A program made the position numbers and the translations under genes. A stretch of DNA of 64,000 nucleotides from an uncultured Burkholderiales bacterium (GTDB lineage Bacteria > Pseudomonadota > Gammaproteobacteria > Burkholderiales > Burkholderiaceae_C), in NCBI GenBank assembly GCA_903906635.1, contig CAIVLE010000183.1, forward strand, positions 3,769 through 67,768. The letters run 5' to 3'. The notes beneath the pieces were generated by a model that saw nothing but the letters and a program-made list of their open reading frames with translations, searched no databases and was not told where the DNA came from. Below, in pieces: positions 32,341 through 42,571 of the stretch (within the stretch, counting starts at the first letter, position 1; every line of letters starts with the position of its first letter).

Positions 32341-33984
32341 ATGCTGGGCTTGATGCAAAACCAACCCTTGTTGATCTCAAACCTGATCGACTTTGCCGAA
32401 CATCACCATGGGGACGGCGAGGTGGTGTCTCGACGCGTGGAGGGGGATATTCACCGCTCCAGCTGGGCGCAAGTGGCGCAACGCGCGCGACAAGTTGCCA
32501 ATGCTTTGGATGGCCTCCAAATCGCCCAGGGCGAGCGCGTCGCCACATTGGCATGGAACGGCTATCGGCACTTGGAGTTGTACTTTGGCGTGAGCGCGAG
32601 CGGGCGGGTGCTCCACACCATCAACCCCCGGTTGCATCCAGAGCAAATTGCGTGGATTGCTAACCATGCAGAAGACCAGGTGCTGTGCTTTGACATCAGC
32701 TTTTTGCCCATCATCCAAGCGGTGCATACCAAATGCGCCACCATCAAGCATTGGGTGGCCCTGTGCGACGCTGACAAACTGCCGGTTGACACTGGCATTG
32801 CCAACCTCATCAGCTACGAAGCCTGGATCGCTGAGCAGTCGAGCGACTACGTCTGGCCGTCCTTGGATGAAAACACGGCCTCGAGCATGTGTTACACCAG
32901 CGGCACCACGGGCAACCCCAAGGCGGCGCTGTACAGCCACCGCTCCACCATCTTGCATGCCTATGCAGCAGCTTTGCCCGATGTCATGTGCATTTCGGCA
33001 CGCGACGCGATTTTGCCGGTGGTGCCCATGTTTCACGTCAATGCCTGGGGCATTCCATACAGCGCGGCCATGACAGGCGCCAAGTTGGTGTTTCCGGGAC
33101 CGGGTATGGATGGCAAATCCGTTTACGAATTGATTGAAAGTGAGCGGGTGACTTATGCGGCGGGGGTGCCCACGGTGTGGCAAATGCTGCTCACCCACAT
33201 GAAACCTGCGGGCTTACGATTCTCGACCTTAAAACGAACCGTGATTGGAGGCTCAGCTTGTCCGCCGGCCATGATCGATGCCTTTCGCGATGACTACAAC
33301 GTCGAGGTCTTGCATGCCTGGGGTATGACCGAGCTCAGCCCCTTGGGGACACTGTGCACCCTGAAAAACAAGCACCTCAGCCTGCCTGCTCAAGAACAGA
33401 TGAAGATCCGTCTCAAACAAGGACGCGCGATTTTTGGTGTCGACATGAAGATCGTTGACGATGCAGGCAACGAACAGCCCCACGATGGCAAAGCCTATGG
33501 CGATTTGTTGGTCAAGGGGCCTTGGGTGGTGGCGGATTACTTCAAAAGCGAAGGTGGCAGTCCCTTGATCCATGATGCCAACGGGGTGGGGTGGTTTCCA
33601 ACAGGCGACGTGGCCACGATTGACCCCGATGGCTACATGCAAATCACTGACCGCAGCAAAGACGTCATCAAATCAGGCGGTGAGTGGATCAGCTCAATCG
33701 ACATCGAAAACATTGCGGTGGCACATCCTGCAGTGGCCATGGCCGCGTGCATTGGCGTCACCCACCCCAAGTGGGACGAGCGTCCCATTGTGATCGTGGT
33801 CAAAAAGCCCGGGGCAGATGTCAGCCGCGAAGATTTGCTCAAGTTCTACGAGGGTAAAACAGCCAAATGGCAAATCCCAGACGATGTGGTGTTTGTCGAC
33901 AGCATTCCACTAGGCGCCACAGGCAAGATGCTCAAGACCAAATTAAGGGAACAGCTCAAAGACTATGTGTTGCCCAGTTTGTAA
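32341..33984 (+). CDS. AMP-dependent acyl-CoA synthetase (fatty-acid--CoA ligase family)
   Basis: 547 aa with the AMP-binding signature [12 protein letters not shown] and the later motifs GWFPTGD and KSGGEWISS. Confidence 0.88.
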   Translation: MLGLMQNQPLLISNLIDFAEHHHGDGEVVSRRVEGDIHRSSWAQVAQRARQVANALDGLQIAQGERVATLAWNGYRHLELYFGVSASGRVLHTINPRLHPEQIAWIANHAEDQVLCFDISFLPIIQAVHTKCATIKHWVALCDADKLPVDTGIANLISYEAWIAEQSSDYVWPSLDENTASSMCYTSGTTGNPKAALYSHRSTILHAYAAALPDVMCISARDAILPVVPMFHVNAWGIPYSAAMTGAKLVFPGPGMDGKSVYELIESERVTYAAGVPTVWQMLLTHMKPAGLRFSTLKRTVIGGSACPPAMIDAFRDDYNVEVLHAWGMTELSPLGTLCTLKNKHLSLPAQEQMKIRLKQGRAIFGVDMKIVDDAGNEQPHDGKAYGDLLVKGPWVVADYFKSEGGSPLIHDANGVGWFPTGDVATIDPDGYMQITDRSKDVIKSGGEWISSIDIENIAVAHPAVAMAACIGVTHPKWDERPIVIVVKKPGADVSREDLLKFYEGKTAKWQIPDDVVFVDSIPLGATGKMLKTKLREQLKDYVLPSL

Positions 33985-34084
33985 AGCACCTTGACACAGC
34001 ACCCGCGTTAAGGGCAATCCCTGAACGTGGGCTTGTGCAAAGTCGTTACGCTTGAACGTCAATAAAAATCAATGGGAGACAAGC

Positions 34085-35317
34085 ATGACGTTAAAACGAC
34101 AACTGGTGAGTCTGGCGGTTTTTGGCGCCTTGGCAAGCGCAGCCTTTGCCCAAAGCGGCGACACGGTCAAGATTGCCTTGATCGATCCACAAAGTGGCCT
34201 AATGGGGCCTTTGGGCATGAACCAACTGCGAAGTTTTCAGTTCTTTGCCGATGCCTTCACCAAAAGCAATGTGGCGGGTGTGAAGTACGAGGTGGTGGGT
34301 TTTGACAACAAACTCAGCCCAGCAGAAAGTCTGAATGCGCTCAAAGCAGCCATGGACCAGGGCATTCGCTACATTGCGCAAGGCAACGGTTCGTCGGTGG
34401 CGGGGGCCTTGATCGATGCGGTCAACAAACACAATGAGCGCAACCCGGGCAAAGAAGTGCTGTTTTTGAATTACGCGGCAGTGGACCCTGATTTCACGAA
34501 CAGCAAGTGCAGCTACTGGCATTTCCGATTTGACGCCGACACCTCCATGAAGATGGAGGCCATGACCACCTTCATGAAAGATCAGCCCGACATCAAGAAG
34601 GTCTACCTGCTCAATCAAAATTACTCGCACGGGCAACAAGTGACCAAGTTCGCCAAAGAAAACTTGGCCCGTAAACGTGCGGATGTTCAAATCGTGGGCG
34701 AAGATTTGCATCCCTTGGCGCAGGTGCGTGACTTCTCACCCTACATTGCCAAAATCAAAGCCTCAGGGGCAGACACCGTGATCACGGGCAACTGGGGTTC
34801 CGATTTGGCTTTGTTGGTCAAAGCAGCCAACGAAGGCGGCTACAACGGCAAGTTTTACACCTACTACACAGGTGTCACGGGCACACCCACGGCCTTGAGC
34901 ACCGGCGGTGCAGGACGTGTGTACCAAATCGCCTACCAACACTACAACATGGGGGGGCCTATGGAGAAGTGGATGGCAGAGTTCAAGAAACGCTACAACG
35001 ACGATATGTTCACCGGCTCGGTGCCTCACATCTTCACCGCCTTGTCGATTGCCATGAAAAACGCCAAATCGACCGACCCTGTCAAAGTAGCTGCGGCCCT
35101 GGAGGGGTTGAAGACCAACAGCTTCAACGGGGAAATTGAATTGCGCAAGACCGACCACCAAATTCAACAAACCCTGTTTTTGACGGTGTGGCAAAAAGCC
35201 GATAAAAAATACCCTTACAGCCCCGAAAACACTGGCATGACTTTGGCACCGGTCAAAACTTTTGAGCCTTACGTGGCCAGTACGCCCACCAGCTGCCAGA
35301 TGAAGCGCCCCAGTTAA
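34085..35317 (+). CDS. ABC transporter periplasmic substrate-binding protein (LivJ/K-type, cluster-4 fold)
   Basis: ORF 34052.. trimmed to ATG 34085, which follows a GGGAGA SD. The signal peptide is MTLKRQLVSLAVFGALASAAFA. The mature domain is about 390 aa. Four Liv-type ABC genes follow. Confidence 0.85.
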   Translation: MTLKRQLVSLAVFGALASAAFAQSGDTVKIALIDPQSGLMGPLGMNQLRSFQFFADAFTKSNVAGVKYEVVGFDNKLSPAESLNALKAAMDQGIRYIAQGNGSSVAGALIDAVNKHNERNPGKEVLFLNYAAVDPDFTNSKCSYWHFRFDADTSMKMEAMTTFMKDQPDIKKVYLLNQNYSHGQQVTKFAKENLARKRADVQIVGEDLHPLAQVRDFSPYIAKIKASGADTVITGNWGSDLALLVKAANEGGYNGKFYTYYTGVTGTPTALSTGGAGRVYQIAYQHYNMGGPMEKWMAEFKKRYNDDMFTGSVPHIFTALSIAMKNAKSTDPVKVAAALEGLKTNSFNGEIELRKTDHQIQQTLFLTVWQKADKKYPYSPENTGMTLAPVKTFEPYVASTPTSCQMKRPS

Positions 35318-35335
35318 GCCGGCGTTCAAGGTGTG

Positions 35336-35370
35336 AGCGGTGTGGCTGCGACACACCGCTGTTTATTTGG
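35336..35370 (+). terminator. Intercistronic hairpin and U-rich tail after the binding-protein gene (partial terminator/attenuator)
   Basis: AGCGGTGTG (35336-35344), a 7-nt loop, then CACACCGCT (35352-35360), followed by GTTTATTTGGGTCTTTT. Confidence 0.45.
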
Positions 35371-35395
35371 GTCTTTTGCAAGTACAAGGTGCGTG

Positions 35396-36430
35396 ATGGA
35401 GTTTTTCTTGATCTCCATGCTCAATGGGGTGAGCTACGGGTTGTTGCTGTTCATGCTGAGCTCGGGGTTGACTTTGATCTTCAGCATGATGGGGGTTCTC
35501 AATTTCGCACACGCCAGTTTTTATATGCTGGGTGCCTATTTGGGTTACTCGCTCAATGGATTGCTGGGGTTTTGGGCCGCCTTGATCATTGCCCCCTTGT
35601 TGACGGGCGCCATTGGTGCTGGCTTTGAACGCTTGAGCTTGCGACGCGTGCACAAGTTTGGACATGTGCCCGAGTTGTTGGTGACGTTTGGACTGTCCTA
35701 CATCGTGCTGGAGTTGGTGCAACTGTTGTGGGGCCGCACGGCTTTGGAGTTTGCGCCACCACCCCAGTTGCAAGGCCCGGCGTTCACGCTCATTCAAAAT
35801 TCTGTTGATGGCTTGTCCCTGGTCTGGGGTGGCGCCTCCCCTGAGCTGTGCAGTGCCGCCAATGCCGCAGTGCGCATGGTGTGTTCGCCGTTTCCATCCA
35901 CCCGCGGCTTCATGATGTTGGTGGCCTTGTCGATGATGGTGGGCCTGTGGATGTTGCTCACCCGCACCCGTGTGGGTCTGGTCATCCAGGCGGCCCTCAC
36001 ACACCCGGAGATGGTCGAGTCCTTGGGGCACAACGTGCCGCGCATTTTCATGCTGGTGTTTGGCGCGGGTACGGCCTTGGCGGGCTTGGCCGGTGTGATC
36101 GGCGGCAGCACCTTTGTCACCGAGCCGGCCATGGCCACCACCGTGGGGTCTGTGATTTTTGTCGTGGTCGTGGTCGGCGGAATGGGGTCGTTGGGGGGCG
36201 CATTTTTGGCGTCCCTCTTGATCGGGGTGGTGCAAACCTTTGCTGTGGCTTTTGACTATTCCATTTTGTTGCTGCTGCAGGGCTTGGGAGTGCATGTGAG
36301 TGCCGCCATGCAAGAGCACTCCGTGTTGAAACTCACCCTCTCACAGGTCGCACCCATCTTGCCCTATTTGTTTTTGGTCTTGATTTTGATCTTTCGGCCC
36401 AAAGGGCTGTTGGGCACCAGGGAGGGTTGA
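35396..36430 (+). CDS. Branched-chain-amino-acid-type ABC transporter permease (LivH-like)
   Basis: ORF 35333.. trimmed to ATG 35396 (MEFFLISMLNGVSYGLLLFMLSSGLTLIFSMMGVLNFAHASFYMLGAY, the canonical LivH N-terminus). Confidence 0.85.
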   Translation: MEFFLISMLNGVSYGLLLFMLSSGLTLIFSMMGVLNFAHASFYMLGAYLGYSLNGLLGFWAALIIAPLLTGAIGAGFERLSLRRVHKFGHVPELLVTFGLSYIVLELVQLLWGRTALEFAPPPQLQGPAFTLIQNSVDGLSLVWGGASPELCSAANAAVRMVCSPFPSTRGFMMLVALSMMVGLWMLLTRTRVGLVIQAALTHPEMVESLGHNVPRIFMLVFGAGTALAGLAGVIGGSTFVTEPAMATTVGSVIFVVVVVGGMGSLGGAFLASLLIGVVQTFAVAFDYSILLLLQGLGVHVSAAMQEHSVLKLTLSQVAPILPYLFLVLILIFRPKGLLGTREG

Positions 36431-37732
36431 ATGTTGGAACGATTCACCACCCGCGATGAACGCCAAGCGCTCAAGATGAGGCGCTGGTTGGTTTGGGGCG
36501 GCTTTGCCATGGTCTTGCTGCTGGCGCCGCGCGTGTTTTCTAGCAACCTAGCGGTCAACTTGCTGTCGCAAATTGGCATCGCCATGGTGGCCTGCTTGTC
36601 CTACAACATACTGCTCGGGCAAGGAGGCATGCTGAGTTTCGGACATGCGGTGTACTCCGGTTTGGGTGCATACACGGCCATGCATGCGCTCAACGCTGCA
36701 AGCTCAGGCGCCTGGGCGATCCCTGTGAGCTTGGTGCCTTTGGTGGGCGGTATGGGGGGATTGTTTTTTGCCGCTCTGTTTGGCTTTGTGACCACCCGTA
36801 AATCAGGCACTACGTTTGCCATGATTACCTTGGGATTGTCGGAGCTGGTGTTTGCGATGTCGCTGATGTTTTCAGAATTTTTTGGAGGCGAAGCTGGCGT
36901 AGCCGGTAATCGCGTGGTGGGCTCTGCGGTGTGGGGCATCACCTATGGACCCGCCATCGAGGTTTATTACTTAACGGCAGCCTACGCCTTTGTCTGTGTG
37001 GCCTTGATGTACGCCTTCACACGCACCCCGCTGGGACGCATGCTGAATGCGGTGCGCGACAACCCTGAGAGGGTCGCCTTTATAGGCTACAACACCCAGT
37101 ATGTGCGTTATTTTTCCTTCATGATTGCGGGTTTTTTTGCAGGCATCGCAGGTGGATTGGCGTCGTTGAATTTTGAAATAGTCACCGCCGAGGTGGTGGG
37201 TGCCGGGCGCTCCGGGGCTTATTTGTTGTTCACTTTTTTAGGGGGTGCGTCATCTTTTTTTGGGCCGATCATTGGCGCGGTGTTGATGGTGCTGGCCCAT
37301 GTGTTGTTGTCAGAGTTCACCAAAGCTTGGTTGCTCTACCTCGGGCTGACGTTTTTATTCATGGTCATGTACGCGCCAGGGGGCATTGCCAGCTTGATCA
37401 TGAAGAACCTGCGGTTGGCAAGCTTTGGGCGACTGCGGATGCTGTGGGTGGCTTATTTGGGCTTGGGAGTCACGGCCTTGCTCGGTGCCCTCGGAGCTGC
37501 GGCCATGATTGAGATGGTCTACCACTTGCAACTCAATATGGCGCAAGGCAATGAGCTGCATTTTGCAGGCTTGAGACTCGATGTCACTTCAGTACAGAGT
37601 TGGTTTGGTGCGGTTTTTGTCTTTCTCACGGGGGTGGGACTGTTTGAGACAGCGCGTCGTGAGTTCATGCGCGATTGGGGCATATCACAAGCTTTCATCG
37701 AAAGCGAGATCAAGACACGGGAGTCGCAATGA
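36431..37732 (+). CDS. Branched-chain-amino-acid-type ABC transporter permease (LivM-like)
   Basis: 433 aa polytopic protein. The ATG comes immediately after the LivH-like stop and is preceded by GGAGGG. The motif SYNILLGQGGMLSFGHAVYSGLGAY is typical of LivM. Confidence 0.85.
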   Translation: MLERFTTRDERQALKMRRWLVWGGFAMVLLLAPRVFSSNLAVNLLSQIGIAMVACLSYNILLGQGGMLSFGHAVYSGLGAYTAMHALNAASSGAWAIPVSLVPLVGGMGGLFFAALFGFVTTRKSGTTFAMITLGLSELVFAMSLMFSEFFGGEAGVAGNRVVGSAVWGITYGPAIEVYYLTAAYAFVCVALMYAFTRTPLGRMLNAVRDNPERVAFIGYNTQYVRYFSFMIAGFFAGIAGGLASLNFEIVTAEVVGAGRSGAYLLFTFLGGASSFFGPIIGAVLMVLAHVLLSEFTKAWLLYLGLTFLFMVMYAPGGIASLIMKNLRLASFGRLRMLWVAYLGLGVTALLGALGAAAMIEMVYHLQLNMAQGNELHFAGLRLDVTSVQSWFGAVFVFLTGVGLFETARREFMRDWGISQAFIESEIKTRESQ

Positions 37733-38493
37733 TTGCTTTACAGCTGAAAGATGTACGCAAGAATTTTGGCAAAACCGAGATCATCCGAGGCATCGACCTT
37801 GAAGTTCAGGCCGGTGAGCGCGTGGCCATCATCGGCCCCAACGGGGCAGGCAAATCCACCTTGTTTAACCTCATCAGCGGACGCCTCGAACCGACCAGCG
37901 GTGAGATTTGGCTGGGACCCCAGCGCATCGATGGCAAGCAACCCTTTGAAATCAATCGTTTGGGTTTATCACGCAGCTTTCAGATCACGAATATTTTCCC
38001 CAACCTCAGTGTGTTCGAAAACCTGCGCTGTGCGGTGCTGTGGTCCCTGGGCTACAAGTACACGTTTTTGAAGTTTTTGGCTGACCTTGACGACGCCAAC
38101 GCACGCGCTGAGCAACTCATGGCGCAGATCCACCTTGCCTCTAAAAGAGACGTGGTGGCAATGAATCTGACCTATGCCGAACAACGTGCCCTAGAGATAG
38201 GTATCACCATCGCGGGTGGGGCACAGGTCATCTTGCTTGACGAACCCACAGCCGGAATGAGTCAGAGCGAAACCCAACGGTTCATTGAGCTGATTCGTGA
38301 GGTCACGACGCATAAAACCCTGCTCACTGTCGAGCACGACATGGGGGTGGTGTTTGGTCTGGCCGACAAAATTGCGGTGGTGGTGTACGGCGAGCTGATT
38401 GCATTTGACACGCCACAAGCCGTTCGAGCCAATGCTCAGGTGCAAGAGGCCTATTTAGGCGCTGTGGTGGCTGATCACCAAGTGCCAGCTTGA
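37729..38493 (+). CDS. ABC transporter ATP-binding protein (LivG-like)
   Basis: ORF 37675.. trimmed to ATG 37729, which overlaps the upstream stop (ATGA). Walker A is GPNGAGKST and Walker B is ILLDEPTAGM. Confidence 0.9.
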   Translation: MIALQLKDVRKNFGKTEIIRGIDLEVQAGERVAIIGPNGAGKSTLFNLISGRLEPTSGEIWLGPQRIDGKQPFEINRLGLSRSFQITNIFPNLSVFENLRCAVLWSLGYKYTFLKFLADLDDANARAEQLMAQIHLASKRDVVAMNLTYAEQRALEIGITIAGGAQVILLDEPTAGMSQSETQRFIELIREVTTHKTLLTVEHDMGVVFGLADKIAVVVYGELIAFDTPQAVRANAQVQEAYLGAVVADHQVPA

Positions 38494-38514
38494 GGCAAAT
38501 AGCGAGAACCCACG

Positions 38515-39210
38515 ATGCTGCAAGTCGATCACCTTCACGCGTTTTATGGCAAGAGCCATGTGCTGCATGGCGTGTCCTTTGATGTCCAAGCCGGTGAGAT
38601 CGTGGCTTTGTTGGGACGCAACGGCTCGGGGCGTTCAACCACGGCACGTGCCATCATGGGGTTGGTCGAGTGCGCGGGCTCTTTGCAATGGCAAGGGCAA
38701 TCCATTGCCCACAAAAAACCCTTTCAAATTGCCCACCTAGGGATCGGCTATGTACCGGAGAACCGTGACATCTTTCCCAAGCTGACCGTCCATCAAAATT
38801 TGCTTCTAGGTCAAAAGGGCAAAGGGGTGAGTAGTCGATGGTCATTTGATGACATGTATGCCATGTTCCCTCGCCTCAAAGAGCGCGAACACACCGAAGC
38901 CGGCGTGCTGTCAGGCGGCGAACAGCAAATGCTCACGCTGTGCCGCACTCTCATGGGTGACCCTGACCTGATCATCATTGATGAACCCACCGAGGGCTTG
39001 GCACCCAAAATTGTGACGTTGGTTGGTCAATATTTGAAAACCCTCAAGGCTCGAGGAATTTCCATCTTGTTGATCGAACAAAAGCTCACCATTGCCATGG
39101 ACATCTCTGACCGTGTGCTGGTCATGGGACACGGTCGTATCGTTTTTTCAGGCTCTCCGGATGACTTGCGGCGAGACGTCAACACCCGCAGAGAATGGTT
39201 AGAAGTTTGA
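38515..39210 (+). CDS. ABC transporter ATP-binding protein (LivF-like)
   Basis: Walker A GRNGSGRST, signature LSGGEQQML, Walker B IIIDEPTEGL. 231 aa. Confidence 0.9.
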   Translation: MLQVDHLHAFYGKSHVLHGVSFDVQAGEIVALLGRNGSGRSTTARAIMGLVECAGSLQWQGQSIAHKKPFQIAHLGIGYVPENRDIFPKLTVHQNLLLGQKGKGVSSRWSFDDMYAMFPRLKEREHTEAGVLSGGEQQMLTLCRTLMGDPDLIIIDEPTEGLAPKIVTLVGQYLKTLKARGISILLIEQKLTIAMDISDRVLVMGHGRIVFSGSPDDLRRDVNTRREWLEV

Positions 39211-39220
39211 TCTAGAATCA

Positions 39221-39242
39221 AAAAAGAACGATCGTTCTTTTT
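39221..39242 (+). terminator. Palindrome AAAAAGAACGATCGTTCTTTTT: a terminator-like hairpin, or an operator, between the ABC and beta-oxidation genes
   Basis: A perfect 14-bp palindrome (AGAACGATCGTTCT) is flanked by an A run and a T run. It lies 11 nt after the livF-like stop and 34 nt before the fadB-like ATG. Confidence 0.4.
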
Positions 39243-39275
39243 ATTGTCCTTTCATTGCTCCAACAAGGAAATCGC

Positions 39276-41375
39276 ATGAGTGCAGACTACAAAGTACATG
39301 GCGACGTGGCCGTGATCACGCTCAACAACCCGCCCGTCAACGGCTTGGGCTTGTCGACGCGCCAGGCCATCGTGACAGGTGTAGAGCAGGCTTTGGCTGA
39401 CTCCAGCGTGAAAGCCTTGGTGATCACAGGGCACGGCAAGGCCTTTTCAGGGGGGGCTGACATCCGCGAATTCGGCACACCCAAGGCGATTCAAGAACCC
39501 AATTTGCTCAGCGTGATCTCTGTGATCGAGAACAGCAGCAAACCCGTTGTGGCTGCTGTGCATAGCGTGGCCATGGGGGGAGGCTTGGAGCTGGCCTTGG
39601 GTTGTCACTACCGGATCTCAGCGCCGGGGGCGAGCATTGCCTTGCCAGAGGTCAAGATCGGTTTGATTCCAGGCGCAGGCGGCACCCAACGCCTGCCCAG
39701 AGCACTGGGTGTGGAACCTGCACTCAACATGATCGTCAGTGGCGAAGCCATCAAGAGCGAAATGCTGGCCATGTTGCCAGGTCAAAAGTTGTTTGACCAA
39801 ATGGCGGCATCCGCCGAGTCATTGATGGAGGAGGCTTTGGCGTTTGCGCGTCAAATGGCCGATGTTCGCCCCTTGCCCAAAGTGCGTGACTTGCCTTGTA
39901 AGCATCCCCAAGGCGATGCCTACTTCCAGTTCGCGCGCAACATGGTCAAAGGCATGGCCAAAAACTACCCTGCACCCCCAAAGTGTGTGGATGCAGTCCA
40001 AGCTGCGACCCAGAAAAAATTTGCTGACGGCATGACCTATGAGCGCGAGTTGTTCATCAACTTGATGTGGACTCCAGAGTGCCGGGCCTTGCGCCATTTG
40101 TTCACTTCGCAACGCGCGGCGTCCAAAATTGCCGATGTGCCCGACACCACGCCCGTGCGCAGCATCCAGTCAGTGGCCATCATTGGTGCGGGAACCATGG
40201 GTGGGGGCATCGCCATGAACTTCCTCAACGCAGGCTTGCCAGTCAAGCTGCTCGAAACCAAGCAAGAGGCCTTGGATCGTGGCATTGCCACCATCCAAAA
40301 AAATTACGAAGCGCAGATCAAAAAAGGCAAACTCAAGCAAGATAAATACGCCCAGCGCATGGCCTTGCTCAGCACCACACTGAGCTACAACGATTTGAAA
40401 GATGCTGATTTGGTGATTGAAGCGGTGTTTGAAGAGATGGGCGTCAAAGAAGCCGTCTTCAAACAACTCGATGCAGTGATCAAGCCTGGGGCCATCTTGG
40501 CTTCAAACACGTCAACACTCGATGTGAATGCCATTGCCAACTTCACCCATCGCCCTCAAGACGTGGTGGGCATGCACTTTTTCAGTCCCGCCAATGTGAT
40601 GAAGTTGCTCGAAGTTGTGCGTGGTGAAAAAACAGCCAAGGACGTGCTGGCTACCGTCATGGCGCTGGCCAAGACAATCAAAAAGACCGCGGTGGTCTCG
40701 GGTGTATGCGACGGCTTCATTGGCAACCGCATGATCGAACAATACGGCCGCCAGGCCGGCTTCTTGTTAGAGGAGGGCTGCACGCCACAGCAAGTGGACA
40801 AAGCGGTCGAAAAATTTGGCTTTGCCATGGGCCCGTTTCGCATGGGCGACTTGGCAGGCAACGACATCGGCTGGGCAATTCGCAAGCGCCGCTATGTCGA
40901 AAAGCCTCAGATGAAATACAGCAAAACCGCCGATCTGTTGTGCGAGATGGGCCGATTTGGTCAAAAAGTGGGCAAGGGCTGGTATGACTATCAAGCGGGC
41001 AAGCGTGACGCCATACCCAACGCTGAGGTCGAAGCCATGGTGGTCCAACACCGTAGCGCGTTAGGCATCACGGCGCGCAAAATCAGCGACGAAGAAATTG
41101 TGCAACGCTTGGTGTTCTCACTCGTCAACGAAGCTGCTCACATCTTGGAAGAAGGCATTGCCGCTAAGGCCAGCGACATTGACATGGTGTACATCACGGG
41201 GTATGGATTTCCAATCTTCCGTGGCGGCCCCATGCTCTATGCGGACCAAATTGGCTTGTTCAATGTGGTGCAAGCCATGCATCGTTTTGCGGCCAACCCC
41301 CTGGATGACGCCGAGTTCTGGAAGCCAGCCCCCTTGTTGGCCCGCCTCGCCGCCGAAGGCAAGACCTTCAACTGA
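39276..41375 (+). CDS. Multifunctional enoyl-CoA hydratase / 3-hydroxyacyl-CoA dehydrogenase (FadB/FadJ-like)
   Basis: ORF 39255.. trimmed to ATG 39276, which follows AAGGAA. The N-terminus has a crotonase fold (VITLNNPPVNGL, FSGGADIREF). The central Rossmann motif is IIGAGTMGGGIA. Confidence 0.9.
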   Translation: MSADYKVHGDVAVITLNNPPVNGLGLSTRQAIVTGVEQALADSSVKALVITGHGKAFSGGADIREFGTPKAIQEPNLLSVISVIENSSKPVVAAVHSVAMGGGLELALGCHYRISAPGASIALPEVKIGLIPGAGGTQRLPRALGVEPALNMIVSGEAIKSEMLAMLPGQKLFDQMAASAESLMEEALAFARQMADVRPLPKVRDLPCKHPQGDAYFQFARNMVKGMAKNYPAPPKCVDAVQAATQKKFADGMTYERELFINLMWTPECRALRHLFTSQRAASKIADVPDTTPVRSIQSVAIIGAGTMGGGIAMNFLNAGLPVKLLETKQEALDRGIATIQKNYEAQIKKGKLKQDKYAQRMALLSTTLSYNDLKDADLVIEAVFEEMGVKEAVFKQLDAVIKPGAILASNTSTLDVNAIANFTHRPQDVVGMHFFSPANVMKLLEVVRGEKTAKDVLATVMALAKTIKKTAVVSGVCDGFIGNRMIEQYGRQAGFLLEEGCTPQQVDKAVEKFGFAMGPFRMGDLAGNDIGWAIRKRRYVEKPQMKYSKTADLLCEMGRFGQKVGKGWYDYQAGKRDAIPNAEVEAMVVQHRSALGITARKISDEEIVQRLVFSLVNEAAHILEEGIAAKASDIDMVYITGYGFPIFRGGPMLYADQIGLFNVVQAMHRFAANPLDDAEFWKPAPLLARLAAEGKTFN

Positions 41376-41395
41376 ACCCCATTTAAGGAATTCCT

Positions 41396-42571
41396 ATGAC
41401 CAACGCCGTCATCGTTTCAACCGCCCGCACCCCGCTGACTAAAAGTTGGAAAGGTGCTTTCAACATGACCCATGGTGCGACCTTGGGAGGACATGCCATC
41501 CAACACGCAGTGGCGCGAGCGGGCATTGACCCAGGTGAAGTGGAGGACGTCATCATGGGATGTGCCAACCCAGAAGGTGCAACCGGATGGAACATCGCCC
41601 GCCAATGCGGCTTAGCTGGGGGCTTGCCAGTGAGCGTGAGCGGTGTCACGGTGAACCGCTTTTGTTCGTCGGGTTTACAAACCATCGCCTTGGCAGCGCA
41701 ACGCATCATCACTGGCGAGGGCGATGTGTATGTCGCCGGAGGCGTGGAGAGTATTTCTTGCGTGCAGCAAGAAATGAACATGCACATGTTCATGGACCCC
41801 AACCTCAACAAAATCAAACCAGAGATTTACTGGAACATGCTGCAAACTGCCGAAAACGTGGCCAAGCGCTACGGCATCAGCCGCGAGGCCATGGACCAAT
41901 TCGGTGCAGCCAGTCAACAAAAAGCCTGCGCAGCAGCAGCAGCGGGTAAATTTGACGAAGAGATTGCCCCGATCACCGTCAAAGCCGGCGTGGCTGACAA
42001 GGTGATGGGCTTGATGACAAAACAAGTTACCGTCAGCCGCGATGAAGGCATGCGCGAGGGCACGACACTAGAGGCCATCAGCGGGTTGAAATCGGCCATG
42101 CCAGGCGGCTTGATCACCGCAGGCAACGCCAGCCAGTTCTCCGACGGGGCTGGTGCATGTGTGGTGATGAGCGAAGAGCTCGCCAGCAAACGTGGCTTGA
42201 AACCCCTGGGCCGCTTCTTGGGGTTTGCAGTCGCAGGCTGCGAGCCCGATGAGATGGGCATTGGCCCTGTCGTTGCGGTGCCCAAAGTGCTCAAACGCTT
42301 GGGCTTGAGTGTCAATGACATCGATCTGTGGGAACTCAACGAAGCCTTCGCCGTACAAGTGCTGTACTGCCGCGACACATTGGGCATCCCCCACGACCGG
42401 CTGAATGTGAATGGTGGCGCGATTGCTGTGGGGCACCCCTACGGCATGAGCGGCCAACGCCTGACAGGGCACGCCCTGATTGAAGGCAAACGCCGTGGTG
42501 CCAAGCTCGTGGCGGTGACCATGTGCATCGGCGGGGGCATGGGCGCAGCGGGTATTTTTGAAGTCCTTTAA
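41396..42571 (+). CDS. Acetyl-CoA C-acyltransferase (3-ketoacyl-CoA thiolase)
   Basis: 391 aa, with the active-site Cys context [10 protein letters not shown] and the C-terminal motifs [12 protein letters not shown] and CIGGGMG. Confidence 0.92.
   Translation: MTNAVIVSTARTPLTKSWKGAFNMTHGATLGGHAIQHAVARAGIDPGEVEDVIMGCANPEGATGWNIARQCGLAGGLPVSVSGVTVNRFCSSGLQTIALAAQRIITGEGDVYVAGGVESISCVQQEMNMHMFMDPNLNKIKPEIYWNMLQTAENVAKRYGISREAMDQFGAASQQKACAAAAAGKFDEEIAPITVKAGVADKVMGLMTKQVTVSRDEGMREGTTLEAISGLKSAMPGGLITAGNASQFSDGAGACVVMSEELASKRGLKPLGRFLGFAVAGCEPDEMGIGPVVAVPKVLKRLGLSVNDIDLWELNEAFAVQVLYCRDTLGIPHDRLNVNGGAIAVGHPYGMSGQRLTGHALIEGKRRGAKLVAVTMCIGGGMGAAGIFEVL

Noticed and set aside
32148-32663. 171-aa plus-strand ORF bridging the selO/acyl-CoA-ligase intergenic region
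   Set aside because: It is out of frame with, and largely overlapped by, the well-supported acyl-CoA synthetase CDS starting at 32341. The translation is Arg/Gly-rich noise.
35363-36319. 318-aa minus-strand ORF opposite the LivH-like permease gene
   Set aside because: It translates to a highly charged H/Q/G/R-rich sequence. The plus-strand frame gives a canonical LivH permease.
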